From positions 1 to 42,190 of IMG/VR virus record IMGVR_UViG_3300032212_000041: a stretch of 42,190 nt of DNA; one strand, 5' to 3'. The position numbers were made by a program, and so were the translations under genes. The notes under the pieces were generated by a model. The model did not search any database, was not told the origin of the DNA, and was given only the letters and a program-made list of their open reading frames with translations. Positions 1 to 8,616 of the stretch are shown piece by piece. The first letter of the stretch is position 1, and each line of letters opens with the position of its first letter. This stretch comes from a virus (taxonomy: Duplodnaviria > Caudoviricetes).

Positions 1-127
1 AGGGTATTTTTTTTATAGAAATGAAAGTGACTTTGTTCTGTTCGCACTTCATTAAAGAAATGATTTGTTCCTGACCCGCGATATAATTCATGCTCATCAT
101 CACCGCGATACAAAATAACCAACGACT
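1..127. repeat. 127-bp direct terminal overlap (identical to 42064-42190); circular assembly
   Basis: Exact match of the first and last 127 nt; a gene reads through the junction. Confidence 0.97.
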
Positions 128-632
128 CACTCAACATGCGCAACCCGTAAGGCTTAACCTTTTTATCTTGCAAATAAGGTCCAGCCACAAAGATGGATGC
201 CATCGCCCAGACTTCTGCCGTAATTTTTTTCGCCCTTAAACGCTGCCTAACTAACGCCAACTCATCCTGCTCTGCTTGCGCTGCACGTCTTTTTTTCTGT
301 TCTTCCTGCTTAATGGCAAATTGCTTTTTTTCCTCATCGGAATATTCGCGCTTATGAGGCACATAACCGCCCTCTTTCGCCAAATGAATCAACGAGCCAA
401 TAGTGGCTGTTTTTGACGATCCACTGACCTTCACACTTTTCCATGCAGTTTTAGTATCATTTTCTTTATAACTCGCACCGCCAGAACTCCACGAATCAAA
501 CGTATCAAACGCCATATCACCGAATTCATGCTTTAACGCGCCAGCCATACTAATCCAATTATTTCTATCCATATCCGGACTCACAAACTGCAACGCAATA
601 GCAGCGTCATCCAAAGTAAACGGCTCTAACAT
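1..632 (-). CDS. primase, N-terminal part (PriCT-2 domain); continues across the junction to 41667, 342 aa in total
   Basis: Not in the ORF track. ATG at 632 overlaps the upstream stop (TAATG). Translates MLEPFTLDDAAIALQFVSPDMDRNNWISMAGALKHEFGDMAFDTFDSWSSGGASY...AWKSVK...TIGSLIHLAKEGGY; in frame with 41667..42185. Confidence 0.88.
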   Translation of the reverse strand, partial: MLEPFTLDDAAIALQFVSPDMDRNNWISMAGALKHEFGDMAFDTFDSWSSGGASYKENDTKTAWKSVKVSGSSKTATIGSLIHLAKEGGYVPHKREYSDEEKKQFAIKQEEQKKRRAAQAEQDELALVRQRLRAKKITAEVWAMASIFVAGPYLQDKKVKPYGLRMLSESLVILYRGDDEHELYRGSGTNHFFNEVRTEQSHFHFYKKNT

Positions 633-868
633 TATTCATACAACGCCCGATTAAGATCACGCATAATGGCCTGAGAATCGATCCCTTTGTGATAGATACC
701 CACTAACGCCAACATACCATCAAAACCAATCAATCGTCGCCGCGTTTTAGTCGTCGCCGCAAAAACGGCATCCAGACGATTATCCGATGTTTTAAAAACC
801 GCAATAGGCGAATCCACACTAGCGACTTTACAACGACTCACAATCAACTCAGGAGATGAAACCGACAT
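632..868 (-). CDS. hypothetical protein
   Basis: RBS GGAGG upstream; coupled to the primase. Confidence 0.75.
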   Translation of the reverse strand: MSVSSPELIVSRCKVASVDSPIAVFKTSDNRLDAVFAATTKTRRRLIGFDGMLALVGIYHKGIDSQAIMRDLNRALYE

Positions 869-870
869 AA

Positions 871-1053
871 TTATTCCTCCAATAAAAATCCATTTTTAGA
901 TTGACGGCATCTCGGAAACGTTAATCCAGAAAGGCAGCACACCTTACCGTCAATCAACACAAACCGCCTTTGGCAGACGTTGCAATTCTTTTCCCTAATC
1001 TCCATCCGTAAAACAACATCGAACGTGGGATCATTGTGTGTGTCTGTTCTCAC
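871..1053 (-). CDS. small Cys-rich (Zn-finger-like) protein; probable GTG start at 1053
   Basis: CNVC...CC...C motif; GTGA overlap with the upstream small ORF. Confidence 0.65.
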   Translation of the reverse strand: MRTDTHNDPTFDVVLRMEIREKNCNVCQRRFVLIDGKVCCLSGLTFPRCRQSKNGFLLEE

Positions 1054-1178
1054 GAATAAATCAATCCATAACCCCAACGCAAACCCGTATCAGTTAACGT
1101 AAAAATCGACATAAAACAAAGCAAACAAAATAAAATGACTAACAACGTCAACCAATTAAAATTGCTGCCTTTCATCAT
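1050..1178 (-). CDS. 42-aa membrane peptide
   Basis: Manual translation MMKGSNFNWLTLLVILFCLLCFMSIFTLTDTGLRWGYGLIYS; overlaps both neighbours. Confidence 0.5.
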   Translation of the reverse strand: MMKGSNFNWLTLLVILFCLLCFMSIFTLTDTGLRWGYGLIYS

Positions 1179-1287
1179 CAGATGTCCGATCAGTCAATCG
1201 ACCGATAACAGCAACAACAATGGCAAATACACAAACCGATAAAACACCCATCGAAACTGCATACAACGTTTGACTAAAAACAGACAT
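1156..1287 (-). CDS. 43-aa membrane peptide
   Basis: Manual translation MSVFSQTLYAVSMGVLSVCVFAIVVAVIGRLTDRTSDDERQQF; RBS GAGGTG. Confidence 0.55.
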   Translation of the reverse strand: MSVFSQTLYAVSMGVLSVCVFAIVVAVIGRLTDRTSDDERQQF

Positions 1288-1370
1288 TTACACCTCATCG
1301 TATTAAATTTGCCCCCGTGTTAATATCAAGATTCTCACACCAATCCACCAACACAGGAGCTTCGTAAAAA

Positions 1371-1703
1371 ATGAGCAAATCCAATAACTTCGGCGATATT
1401 AGATTCACATTTATGCCCTACTGCATTCAAAAACAAGACGACGGTAGATACGCAATACTAAACAGAAGATATAAACCGCTCGGTTTTTCATCTACCGAAT
1501 TTTTCACCTATGCCGACTACCCTATACTCGTAAACATCAAAGGACTCACCGAAAAAACAGCATCAAAACTTTCCCATTGCGCAGATAGCAACTTAAATGA
1601 TATCTATCTTTACAACGATGGATGCATCCCAACTTCAAGCACAAAAAATATGGACGATTACTTAGCACGTCTTGCAGTTCTCGCTAAACTCAGCATCTCG
1701 TAG
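1371..1703 (+). CDS. hypothetical protein, counter-oriented moron in the cro operon
   Basis: 110-aa globular ORF with AGGAG RBS. Confidence 0.75.
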   Translation: MSKSNNFGDIRFTFMPYCIQKQDDGRYAILNRRYKPLGFSSTEFFTYADYPILVNIKGLTEKTASKLSHCADSNLNDIYLYNDGCIPTSSTKNMDDYLARLAVLAKLSIS

Positions 1704-1892
1704 TCGGCTCATTGCTTCATTAAAATGTATTGCCCCGGGATGCGGAACGTTTGTAAATGCTATCGCGTTTTCCGGCACCTCATCCCCCGAATTCAACCCA
1801 TCAATAACAGCATCTTTCTTAAAAAACTCTCGCAACTTTTCTGCGTTTGTCGTTTTACCACAACCCTGTTTTCCATAAATGATCACTGACAT
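1662..1892 (-). CDS. small P-loop (Walker A) protein
   Basis: VIIYGKQGCGKT; RBS AGGAG. Confidence 0.75.
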   Translation of the reverse strand: MSVIIYGKQGCGKTTNAEKLREFFKKDAVIDGLNSGDEVPENAIAFTNVPHPGAIHFNEAMSRLRDAEFSENCKTC

Positions 1893-1947
1893 TCTAAAGA
1901 CTCCTAAAAGTTGGCCGCGCTGAACTAGCCGCGACCGAGGGAGGGAG

Positions 1948-1983
1948 AAAAAGCCCCGACACTAGGGAGGAAGTGCCAAGGCT
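1948..1983 (-). terminator. tR1-like intrinsic terminator after the cro-like gene
   Basis: AGCCTTGGCAC-TTCCTCCCTA-GTGTCGGGGCT followed by TTTT. Confidence 0.55.
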
Positions 1984-2042
1984 GCATAAAGCTACATAGA
2001 AATTACAATAAAATTTTTGTAATCTATAAACCATGAGAATGA

Positions 2043-2276
2043 TCACGCGACTTTTACTTTTCGAGCAATAAAAAAGAGAATTAACTCCTCTTTTGTGAAA
2101 TATCCATCACAAGCAGCGAGGATGTTACTTATTGTGTCGGGATCAGGATTGCGACTACCGTTGATTAGATGCCGTTGGATATACTTTGCTGTGGTTTTCG
2201 CCTTGACGCCAAATAACTCACGCTCATCTTCGGTCATTTTCAAGAAATACTGTTTGAAATCGAGTTTCTTTTTCAT
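2043..2276 (-). CDS. Cro-like (YdaS/XRE) HTH regulator
   Basis: 77 aa, divergent from the repressor; HTH-like segment ERELFGVKAKTTAKYIQRHLINGSRNP. Confidence 0.8.
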   Translation of the reverse strand: MKKKLDFKQYFLKMTEDERELFGVKAKTTAKYIQRHLINGSRNPDPDTISNILAACDGYFTKEELILFFIARKVKVA

Positions 2277-2283
2277 GCTCTAC

Positions 2284-2317
2284 AATATAGACCGATTCGG
2301 TCTACTTATCAAGTAGA
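2284..2317 (-). promoter_or_regulatory. PR-like promoter with operator palindromes
   Basis: TTGATA (2312-2307), 17 bp, TATATT (2289-2284); palindromes TAGACCGA-T-TCGGTCTA (2288-2304) and TCTACTT-ATC-AAGTAGA (2301-2317). Confidence 0.75.
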
Positions 2318-2371
2318 GATATAGACATAGTTACATTTTTTAGTTAACCCTTCTGGCGGTGGACCGCTGAG

Positions 2372-2842
2372 GTGTATTATGAAACCATCAGCACCATGAC
2401 AATTAGTGAAATTAGACGTATTAATTTACGGCACATAATAGATACCAAATTCGATGGCAAAGAAGCCGCCTTTGCTGATCACGCTGGAAAAGATAAGGCG
2501 CAAATTAATCGACTGTTCGCTGATACTGATAAGAAATACTCAAGAGAAATTGGAAACAGCCTCGCGAGAGACCTTGAAAGCGCAGGCGGAATGCCGCACG
2601 GTTGGCTAGATATAGATCATACTAAAAGGGCTATAGATACCGACTTACTAGAACAGATCATCGAAATCGTCAGGATACAAACAAAGGATTTGGATGATTT
2701 TAGCAGTAAAGAATTCGCCCTTACTGTCGCAAATGTTTATAGTGATACCGTCGATGAACCGGAAGACCTCAAAAAATCGACTTTTATCTCTAATATGATC
2801 TCAAAACTTACCAGCATTGTTTTGAGAGGTATCGCTAAGTAA
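2372..2842 (+). CDS. CI-like repressor (HTH, no recognisable S24 peptidase); start may be the downstream MTISEIRR
   Basis: EIRRINLR...AAFA...REIG..LARDLE....PHGWLD is typical of phage repressor N-domains. Confidence 0.8.
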   Translation: MYYETISTMTISEIRRINLRHIIDTKFDGKEAAFADHAGKDKAQINRLFADTDKKYSREIGNSLARDLESAGGMPHGWLDIDHTKRAIDTDLLEQIIEIVRIQTKDLDDFSSKEFALTVANVYSDTVDEPEDLKKSTFISNMISKLTSIVLRGIAK

Positions 2843-3064
2843 TTGCAACTCCCCTGCTTTTTTTACTATCTCCGCCCTGTTCATTTGCTCAATTTTTACA
2901 TCCATTAGTATCAGAAACATTATCGATATCACCGCTATATAAATATAATCCTTTTTTTTATCCCACTTTCGCCTTTCCTGTGATCGTACAATCTCCTTTT
3001 TAACTTTGTCCCCGATACCCATATTAAACATAACGTCTATTATTCTTTTTGTGTACATATACAT
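2801..3064 (-). CDS. hypothetical single-TM protein
   Basis: Hydrophobic stretch YIYIAVISIMFLILM; start uncertain. Confidence 0.4.
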   Translation of the reverse strand: MYMYTKRIIDVMFNMGIGDKVKKEIVRSQERRKWDKKKDYIYIAVISIMFLILMDVKIEQMNRAEIVKKAGELQLLSDTSQNNAGKF

Positions 3065-3172
3065 ATACTTACCCTCGCAGTGAACAAAAAACGACCTAAT
3101 TAATCATTGCATACAGCCTCGCACATATTAAATAGTACCCAAAGAATACATCTTGACCATCAGAATACGAAG

Positions 3173-3442
3173 CTAACCATTTCTATGCCTGCAATAAATA
3201 TTTCTATGAAGACCATAAATATTCACATAATGGTCTTTTTTTTCTTGACTCACCAGACCATAATGGTCTATCTTTAATTTGTAACACAAATAACCGCCGC
3301 AGGAAGTGGCGACAAGATAGGCTGCAGGATTAATCAGCCATATAAATTCGGGGAAAACCAGAGGTACATATGATGACAAAACGACAACTGTTAATTTTAA
3401 AACTAACCACAGATCCAACGGAAACCAATCTGACGATTTCAT
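3173..3442 (-). CDS. hypothetical membrane protein
   Basis: Two hydrophobic segments; overlaps the 3370 ORF head-to-head, so the start is uncertain. Confidence 0.35.
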   Translation of the reverse strand: MKSSDWFPLDLWLVLKLTVVVLSSYVPLVFPEFIWLINPAAYLVATSCGGYLCYKLKIDHYGLVSQEKKDHYVNIYGLHRNIYCRHRNG

Positions 3443-3660
3443 TGAAATTGAATTGCTCAGAACGAACAGTGCTTGAAGATCAAAAGAAAATTAAGGCATT
3501 TTTAAACGTTCGCAACAAAGAAGAACTGCTGCTCAAATTAGCCGATCCAACCGGCGAAAATATTCAGGCATCTTTAGCGGATCTCACGGCAGCAAACGAC
3601 CCGTTTTATAGCCCATCCGACGACAACCAAATAAAACTACACTGTGATATCGCCGCATGA
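3370..3660 (+). CDS. LuxR/GerE-type HTH protein
   Basis: MTKRQLLILKL...TNLTISLKLNCSERTV...KIKAFLNVRNKEEL; RBS GAGGT. Confidence 0.75.
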   Translation: MMTKRQLLILKLTTDPTETNLTISLKLNCSERTVLEDQKKIKAFLNVRNKEELLLKLADPTGENIQASLADLTAANDPFYSPSDDNQIKLHCDIAA

Positions 3661-3936
3661 GAGTTTTAAGAAACGCTTTCGCACTCAACACCTTGGTGCA
3701 GGTGATGCCAATTTATCAGCATACGCAGTCAATTATCGATGCCGATGATCACTATTGCCAAATAACAATGTTTAATCGCCAGCAACAATATGTGCGAGCG
3801 TTTCTTATTTATATTTTGATTATGGGATTAAAAAAATGATGTACAAAAAATTGAAGTTATTTGATTTTGCAACACTGGCAAAACAGCAAGGTTACACATT
3901 ATTTTATATTAATTTTGAATTGGTTTTAATAAAGCA

Positions 3937-4206
3937 ATGAAAACAGGTTTTACCATCCAACAGACAGCCAAGCTACTTGGCATTGGTAGCAAAAAATTAT
4001 TTGCCAAGCTGCGCGACCGTCATATATTGGACCGAAAAAACATGCCCTACCAACGCTATATAGATGCCGGTTTATTTTATGTTGATCACAAACAATTTAA
4101 GCATCCACATCCAGAGCTAGGCCAACGGAGTTACGCACAGACCATGGCCACCCAAAAAGGTGTGGACTGGTTAAACAGCAATTTAATATTGAAGGAATCC
4201 GCATGA
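3937..4206 (+). CDS. phage antirepressor, KilAC (ANT) domain
   Basis: TIQQTAKLLGIGSKKLFAKLRD...NMPYQRYIDAGLF...TQKGVDWL. Confidence 0.9.
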   Translation: MKTGFTIQQTAKLLGIGSKKLFAKLRDRHILDRKNMPYQRYIDAGLFYVDHKQFKHPHPELGQRSYAQTMATQKGVDWLNSNLILKESA

Positions 4207-4484
4207 TTAGTTTAATGATCAATTTCGACTGCGCACACTGCCACGCACCCAACGGCATACAGGAAGTATTAAAAATCTCAGACGCCGATGGCATCAGCAC
4301 ACAGGACAGTTACCAGCGAGGGGATGTTACCAGCGTGTGGCACCACGACCCCAAAAAACGCTCACCGATTTTATTACGCTGCAAAGCCTGCAATGCCACA
4401 CACAGTTTTGATTATGGCCCGTTCGAACTGCACTGCCATACAAGCGACCTAGATCAAGTTGAAGCCATTGTGCAGGCCGTTTAA
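4203..4484 (+). CDS. Zn-ribbon hypothetical protein
   Basis: CAHC...CKAC; ATGA coupling. Confidence 0.7.
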   Translation: MISLMINFDCAHCHAPNGIQEVLKISDADGISTQDSYQRGDVTSVWHHDPKKRSPILLRCKACNATHSFDYGPFELHCHTSDLDQVEAIVQAV

Positions 4485-5098
4485 TGATGGACCTATACAA
4501 AATATTAGGTATAGATAATAACGCCACACCCGAAGATATAAAACAAGCATACCGAAAGGCCGCACAACTAAACCACCCGGATAAAGGCGGTGATACTGAA
4601 TTATTTCAACAAATCAAAACCGCCTATGAAGTGTTAAGCGACACAGAACGACGCCAGCAATACGACCAGACCGGAAATATTGAACTACACAATATAAAAC
4701 AGCTCGCGCAAAATGAACTTGCTGGTTTATTTGAACATTTTCTCGATAATTATCTTATTAATAGTCATAAATCATTATTAGAAATGATCAAAAAAGAAGT
4801 CACGCAGACAATGTTAAACACACGCACAGATATCCAAAAATTGAAAGAAAAACAACAAAAATTAAACAGTGTCATCAATAAAGTCACCACGAAAAACTCA
4901 ATTAATTTATTCAAGAATATTGTAGATCAGCGCTTATTAGAAATTACAAGCCAACTTGAAAACCAAAAAATGCATGAGGAAATACTTAACGAAATAACCT
5001 CAATTTTAAAAAGCTATACAGAAGAAATTACGGAACAGCAGCACGAAGAACTTTGGGTTTTACCAAATAACTTTTATGCTTCGACCCAGCAATTCTGA
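4484..5098 (+). CDS. J-domain (DnaJ-like) protein with helical C-terminus
   Basis: DLYKILGI...IKQAYRK...HPDKGGD..F..I..AYEVLSD...R..YD. Confidence 0.93.
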   Translation: MMDLYKILGIDNNATPEDIKQAYRKAAQLNHPDKGGDTELFQQIKTAYEVLSDTERRQQYDQTGNIELHNIKQLAQNELAGLFEHFLDNYLINSHKSLLEMIKKEVTQTMLNTRTDIQKLKEKQQKLNSVINKVTTKNSINLFKNIVDQRLLEITSQLENQKMHEEILNEITSILKSYTEEITEQQHEELWVLPNNFYASTQQF

Positions 5099-5471
5099 CC
5101 CGCACCACCAACCAAAAAAGGAGGGCCACATGCCCACAAACGTACAGGAATTTATTAGCGATTTAGAAGGTGGCATCTTTGAGCAAAAGTTAGCTCATGT
5201 TTTATCGGATGTCGCATTAAACACAGTTGAAAACGGCAAAAAAGGCAAAGTCGGAAAAATTACCATCACTCTAACCATGAGCCGTTTAGCTGAAACACAG
5301 CAGCTATCAATCGACCATAAACTGGACTTTGTAAAACCAACCAACAACGGCAAACAATCAGAAGAAACCACAACCACCACCCTAATGCACGTACACCGTG
5401 GCGGTGATTTAGGTATCTTCCCCGAAAACCAAGGCCAACTGTTCGATAAAAAAGGTCAAGTCAACGTTTAA
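5076..5471 (+). CDS. YfdP-like protein (likely start MPTNVQEF at 5130)
   Basis: TNVQEFISDLEGGIFEQKL...PENQGQLF; usual partner gene upstream of yfdQ. Confidence 0.8.
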   Translation: MLRPSNSDPHHQPKKEGHMPTNVQEFISDLEGGIFEQKLAHVLSDVALNTVENGKKGKVGKITITLTMSRLAETQQLSIDHKLDFVKPTNNGKQSEETTTTTLMHVHRGGDLGIFPENQGQLFDKKGQVNV

Positions 5472-5499
5472 ACGCAAAACTCATTAAAGGAATGCAAAA

Positions 5500-6315
5500 A
5501 TGTCATTATCTCAAGACGCAATAAAAGAACTCGACGACAAAAGTGTTGTCGGCAAACAGATTGAACAAATTTTTAAATGCGACACACCGCTGGTTGCCTT
5601 ACCGAGCGATTACAACATTCACTCATTAGAAAACTACATGGACCAGCGCGCCAGATTTCGTGCGAAATTCTCCACCAGCGTTTTAAGTGAATTTATCAAA
5701 TACACCAATGACAACGATGACGCATCATGCTTTATCAACACACGCAGCATGAACGCTCTAAGCATTTTTGACTTAGGTGATTACGCCGATCCCGGTCACG
5801 CAGAAAACACCGCATCACTTAGCCTCAACACAACATCCCCTTATGACGAAGCAATATCCACCAGCGGACAAACATTCTCTCAAAAGGGTTTTGCAGAATG
5901 GCTTGAAGATTGGCGTCTTCACATCTCCCCCATCAATCAAAATGGTGATGATTATGATATTAAACAGGCCATTTCAGCCGTTCGCAAACTAACCATTGAA
6001 GCTTCGCAAAAATCAGATCACGCTGACTCGGACCTCAACCGCTCACGATCAGCAGTTGAAATGATTGAAGCAAAAAGCGAAAACCCACTACCCATGTCGT
6101 TTACCTTTTCTTGCAAACCCTACGAAGACTTGAAAGAACGTCAAATATATTTTCGGGTAAGTATTATCACCAGTCACACAGAACCGCGCTTTACTCTGCG
6201 CATTATTCAACTTGAGAAGTTAAGAGAAGAAATGCTAATGGAATTCCGCGAAAAACTACAAGCCGGATTTAATGAAGAAATTCAGGTGTATTTGGGTAGC
6301 ATCAATACTGACTAA
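5500..6315 (+). CDS. yfdQ: DUF2303 / YfdQ family protein
   Basis: SLENYM...RFR..F...FDLG....PGHAENTA...SQKGFAEWLEDW. Confidence 0.88.
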   Translation: MSLSQDAIKELDDKSVVGKQIEQIFKCDTPLVALPSDYNIHSLENYMDQRARFRAKFSTSVLSEFIKYTNDNDDASCFINTRSMNALSIFDLGDYADPGHAENTASLSLNTTSPYDEAISTSGQTFSQKGFAEWLEDWRLHISPINQNGDDYDIKQAISAVRKLTIEASQKSDHADSDLNRSRSAVEMIEAKSENPLPMSFTFSCKPYEDLKERQIYFRVSIITSHTEPRFTLRIIQLEKLREEMLMEFREKLQAGFNEEIQVYLGSINTD

Positions 6316-6395
6316 TAATTATAGGCGCTCAATACGAGCGCCGTATATTACGATGAATATTCCAACTTAAACACAAAATGTTATAGGGCTAATTC

Positions 6396-6800
6396 ATGAA
6401 ACAAGGTTGTTGCACAAAATATAGCGGAGAAGTTTTCCGTCAAGGAAAATGTAAGGCTGACATAGATGTTCGTGAACTTGTGGGTGGCGATGACTGGGGA
6501 TGGTTGAGAAGAACGCCATGTTTTTTAAAGAACAAATCGTTAACTACCTGCGATAAATATACCGAACCAACCAATCAAGAGATTGAAGATCATGAAAAAT
6601 GGGCTGATGAAATAATTGAACGACTAAACAAAGCCAGCCCGCTAATTTCAGAGCTTAAAAAGGAATATGGCGAAACTGGCGGAAAAGGAACGCGCCCATG
6701 TCCTGTTTGCGGAAATACATTAAATTTCACCGTATCTTCACTTAACGGGCACGTACACGGCAAATGCGAAACTAAAGATTGCTTGAGCTGGATGGAATAG
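6396..6800 (+). CDS. Cys-rich hypothetical protein (Zn ribbon)
   Basis: CPVCG...NGHVHGKCETKDCLSWME. Confidence 0.8.
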   Translation: MKQGCCTKYSGEVFRQGKCKADIDVRELVGGDDWGWLRRTPCFLKNKSLTTCDKYTEPTNQEIEDHEKWADEIIERLNKASPLISELKKEYGETGGKGTRPCPVCGNTLNFTVSSLNGHVHGKCETKDCLSWME

Positions 6801-6883
6801 TAATTAGTATATCCCTAGAGAGGACGGTATACCAAAAACATGGAAACACAACAAAAAATTAAGGAACACAAAGGGGAATAACA

Positions 6884-7429
6884 ATGGACCTAAAAAAATC
6901 TTACGAACGTTTTCTATATCGAAGAAATCCGGTGAAAGAGCTGAAAAAAATGGGCCTTAAAGTGGGTAAGAACTTCGCCATGATGCCTGGATGTCATCTA
7001 GATATGGGCCATGTGTTTCACATCAGCATCGGCGACAATGTAACGCTTGCGCCAAACGTAACAATATTAGCCCATGACGCCAGCACTGCAAAACACTTAA
7101 ACGCCACTCGAATTGGAAAAGTAAACATAGGTAACAAAGTTTTTATTGGCGCAGGCACGATCATTCTTCCCGGCGTGAACATAGGCGACAACGTGATAAT
7201 TGGTGCAGGCAGCGTCGTATCAAAAGACTTAATGAGTGACAGTGTTTACGCAGGCAATCCTGTAAAGCATGTTTATCAAATGTCGGAGTTTTTGAAAAAA
7301 CGCCGTGACGAAATGCGAGTCTCACCAAGATTTACAAGCGACTGGAAACACGACTTTGGACGCGGCATTAATGACGATATCCGCGCAGAAATGAACAGAA
7401 AAATAGATCGTTTTGGGTATGTTGGTTAA
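6884..7429 (+). CDS. hexapeptide-repeat (left-handed beta-helix) O-acetyltransferase
   Basis: IGDNVTLAPNVTILAHD...IGNKVFIGAGTIILPGVNIGDNVIIGAGSVVSKD...AGNP. Confidence 0.92.
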   Translation: MDLKKSYERFLYRRNPVKELKKMGLKVGKNFAMMPGCHLDMGHVFHISIGDNVTLAPNVTILAHDASTAKHLNATRIGKVNIGNKVFIGAGTIILPGVNIGDNVIIGAGSVVSKDLMSDSVYAGNPVKHVYQMSEFLKKRRDEMRVSPRFTSDWKHDFGRGINDDIRAEMNRKIDRFGYVG

Positions 7430-7808
7430 CTCCACACTTTACCGACTGCTAACGAACAAAAAGGACAACATCATGAGTTACGAAAATAAAACCAACAAAC
7501 TAGGGTCAAGTAGAGTTGTAGTAAGCAAACTAGACTCACTTCGTATACGTCTATGTTGCTGGTGGTTTGGGTGCCAACCAGACTTTGAAAACATGCACTG
7601 CCATCGAGAAGAAGACTATACACATTGCGTAACACCATGCATGAGATGCGGGGCGGACGACACAAGTTACGAAGATCAAGTAGGCGAAACAAAACACTCG
7701 GCACTTATGAACTGGATTAACTATTGGTTATTTAGAAAATGGTGGCCAGCAAAATGTGATGATTGCGGCAAACGTTATGGGACACATGATAGCTGCATCC
7801 CATTTTAA
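7413..7808 (+). CDS. Cys-rich hypothetical protein (start probably MSYENK at 7473)
   Basis: CMRCG and CDDCG motifs; AAGGA RBS before the internal ATG. Confidence 0.7.
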   Translation: MGMLVNSTLYRLLTNKKDNIMSYENKTNKLGSSRVVVSKLDSLRIRLCCWWFGCQPDFENMHCHREEDYTHCVTPCMRCGADDTSYEDQVGETKHSALMNWINYWLFRKWWPAKCDDCGKRYGTHDSCIPF

Positions 7809-7848
7809 TAATGAACGTTAGTTGACGCCATACTAAGGATTAAAAACC

Positions 7849-8616
7849 ATGATTACTGAAGCAGAACATAACAGTACGTTGATATCGGATGATGTACCAA
7901 GCCTTAAATGTCAGGTTAATCCTCCCACCAAATTACCATGCAATACGACATGCTCTAAATGTGGCAGTGACGATATCAGTTTAACATTTAGAATCAAAGG
8001 AAGCACGGTCGATAGTATTGGTTATAACAAAAAACCAAACAAGTACACCACTGGACAGTGCCATTATTGGGAAACCTTAAGGGACCATATCGACTATATA
8101 TGCCGGTGTTGCCAGCATCGATGGCAAAGCTTACCACTACCGAAAAAGAAAAATAGTAAACAATCCAACGAACTTAAAGGGCAAAAAATGATTAAAAAGT
8201 TAGGGAAAGATTACCCAGACAAGGATTTGACACCAGAGCATACCAAACGCGGAAATGGACATGACGACATGAGCGACAGCCCAATACACCCTGACGTGCA
8301 TGCGGCTTATGATTATGTCCAGTCAGTGCTTGATACTAGTGATTTCAAGGATGAATATGCGTGGCATGGATGGGGAATACGTGAAGCATTTTTAGCTGGC
8401 GCCAGTTACGAGCATAAAAATCCAAAGCTGCAGAAAACAGAAGACTGGCACGAAGATATCGGTGATTGCCTGTTTTTTCATTTTAGTAACTTTGAAGAGC
8501 CACCAAGTGTATGCTGCGCTTCGCCGATGGATGATATTTTTGATGAAGATTACTGGACTCATTTTATCAAGCCAGATTTCAATTCGATATTCGATCAAGC
8601 GCAGGTTAGCACTTAA
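7849..8616 (+). CDS. mosaic hypothetical protein with N-terminal Zn finger
   Basis: CSKCGS...CRCC followed by unrelated acidic segments. Confidence 0.75.
   Translation: MITEAEHNSTLISDDVPSLKCQVNPPTKLPCNTTCSKCGSDDISLTFRIKGSTVDSIGYNKKPNKYTTGQCHYWETLRDHIDYICRCCQHRWQSLPLPKKKNSKQSNELKGQKMIKKLGKDYPDKDLTPEHTKRGNGHDDMSDSPIHPDVHAAYDYVQSVLDTSDFKDEYAWHGWGIREAFLAGASYEHKNPKLQKTEDWHEDIGDCLFFHFSNFEEPPSVCCASPMDDIFDEDYWTHFIKPDFNSIFDQAQVST

Noticed and set aside
3657-3839. 60-aa CDS
   Set aside because: No recognisable features or RBS; an ATGA overlap alone is not enough support
6324-6342. Intrinsic terminator GGCGCTC-AATAC-GAGCGCC
   Set aside because: A good hairpin but no U-tract; function unclear
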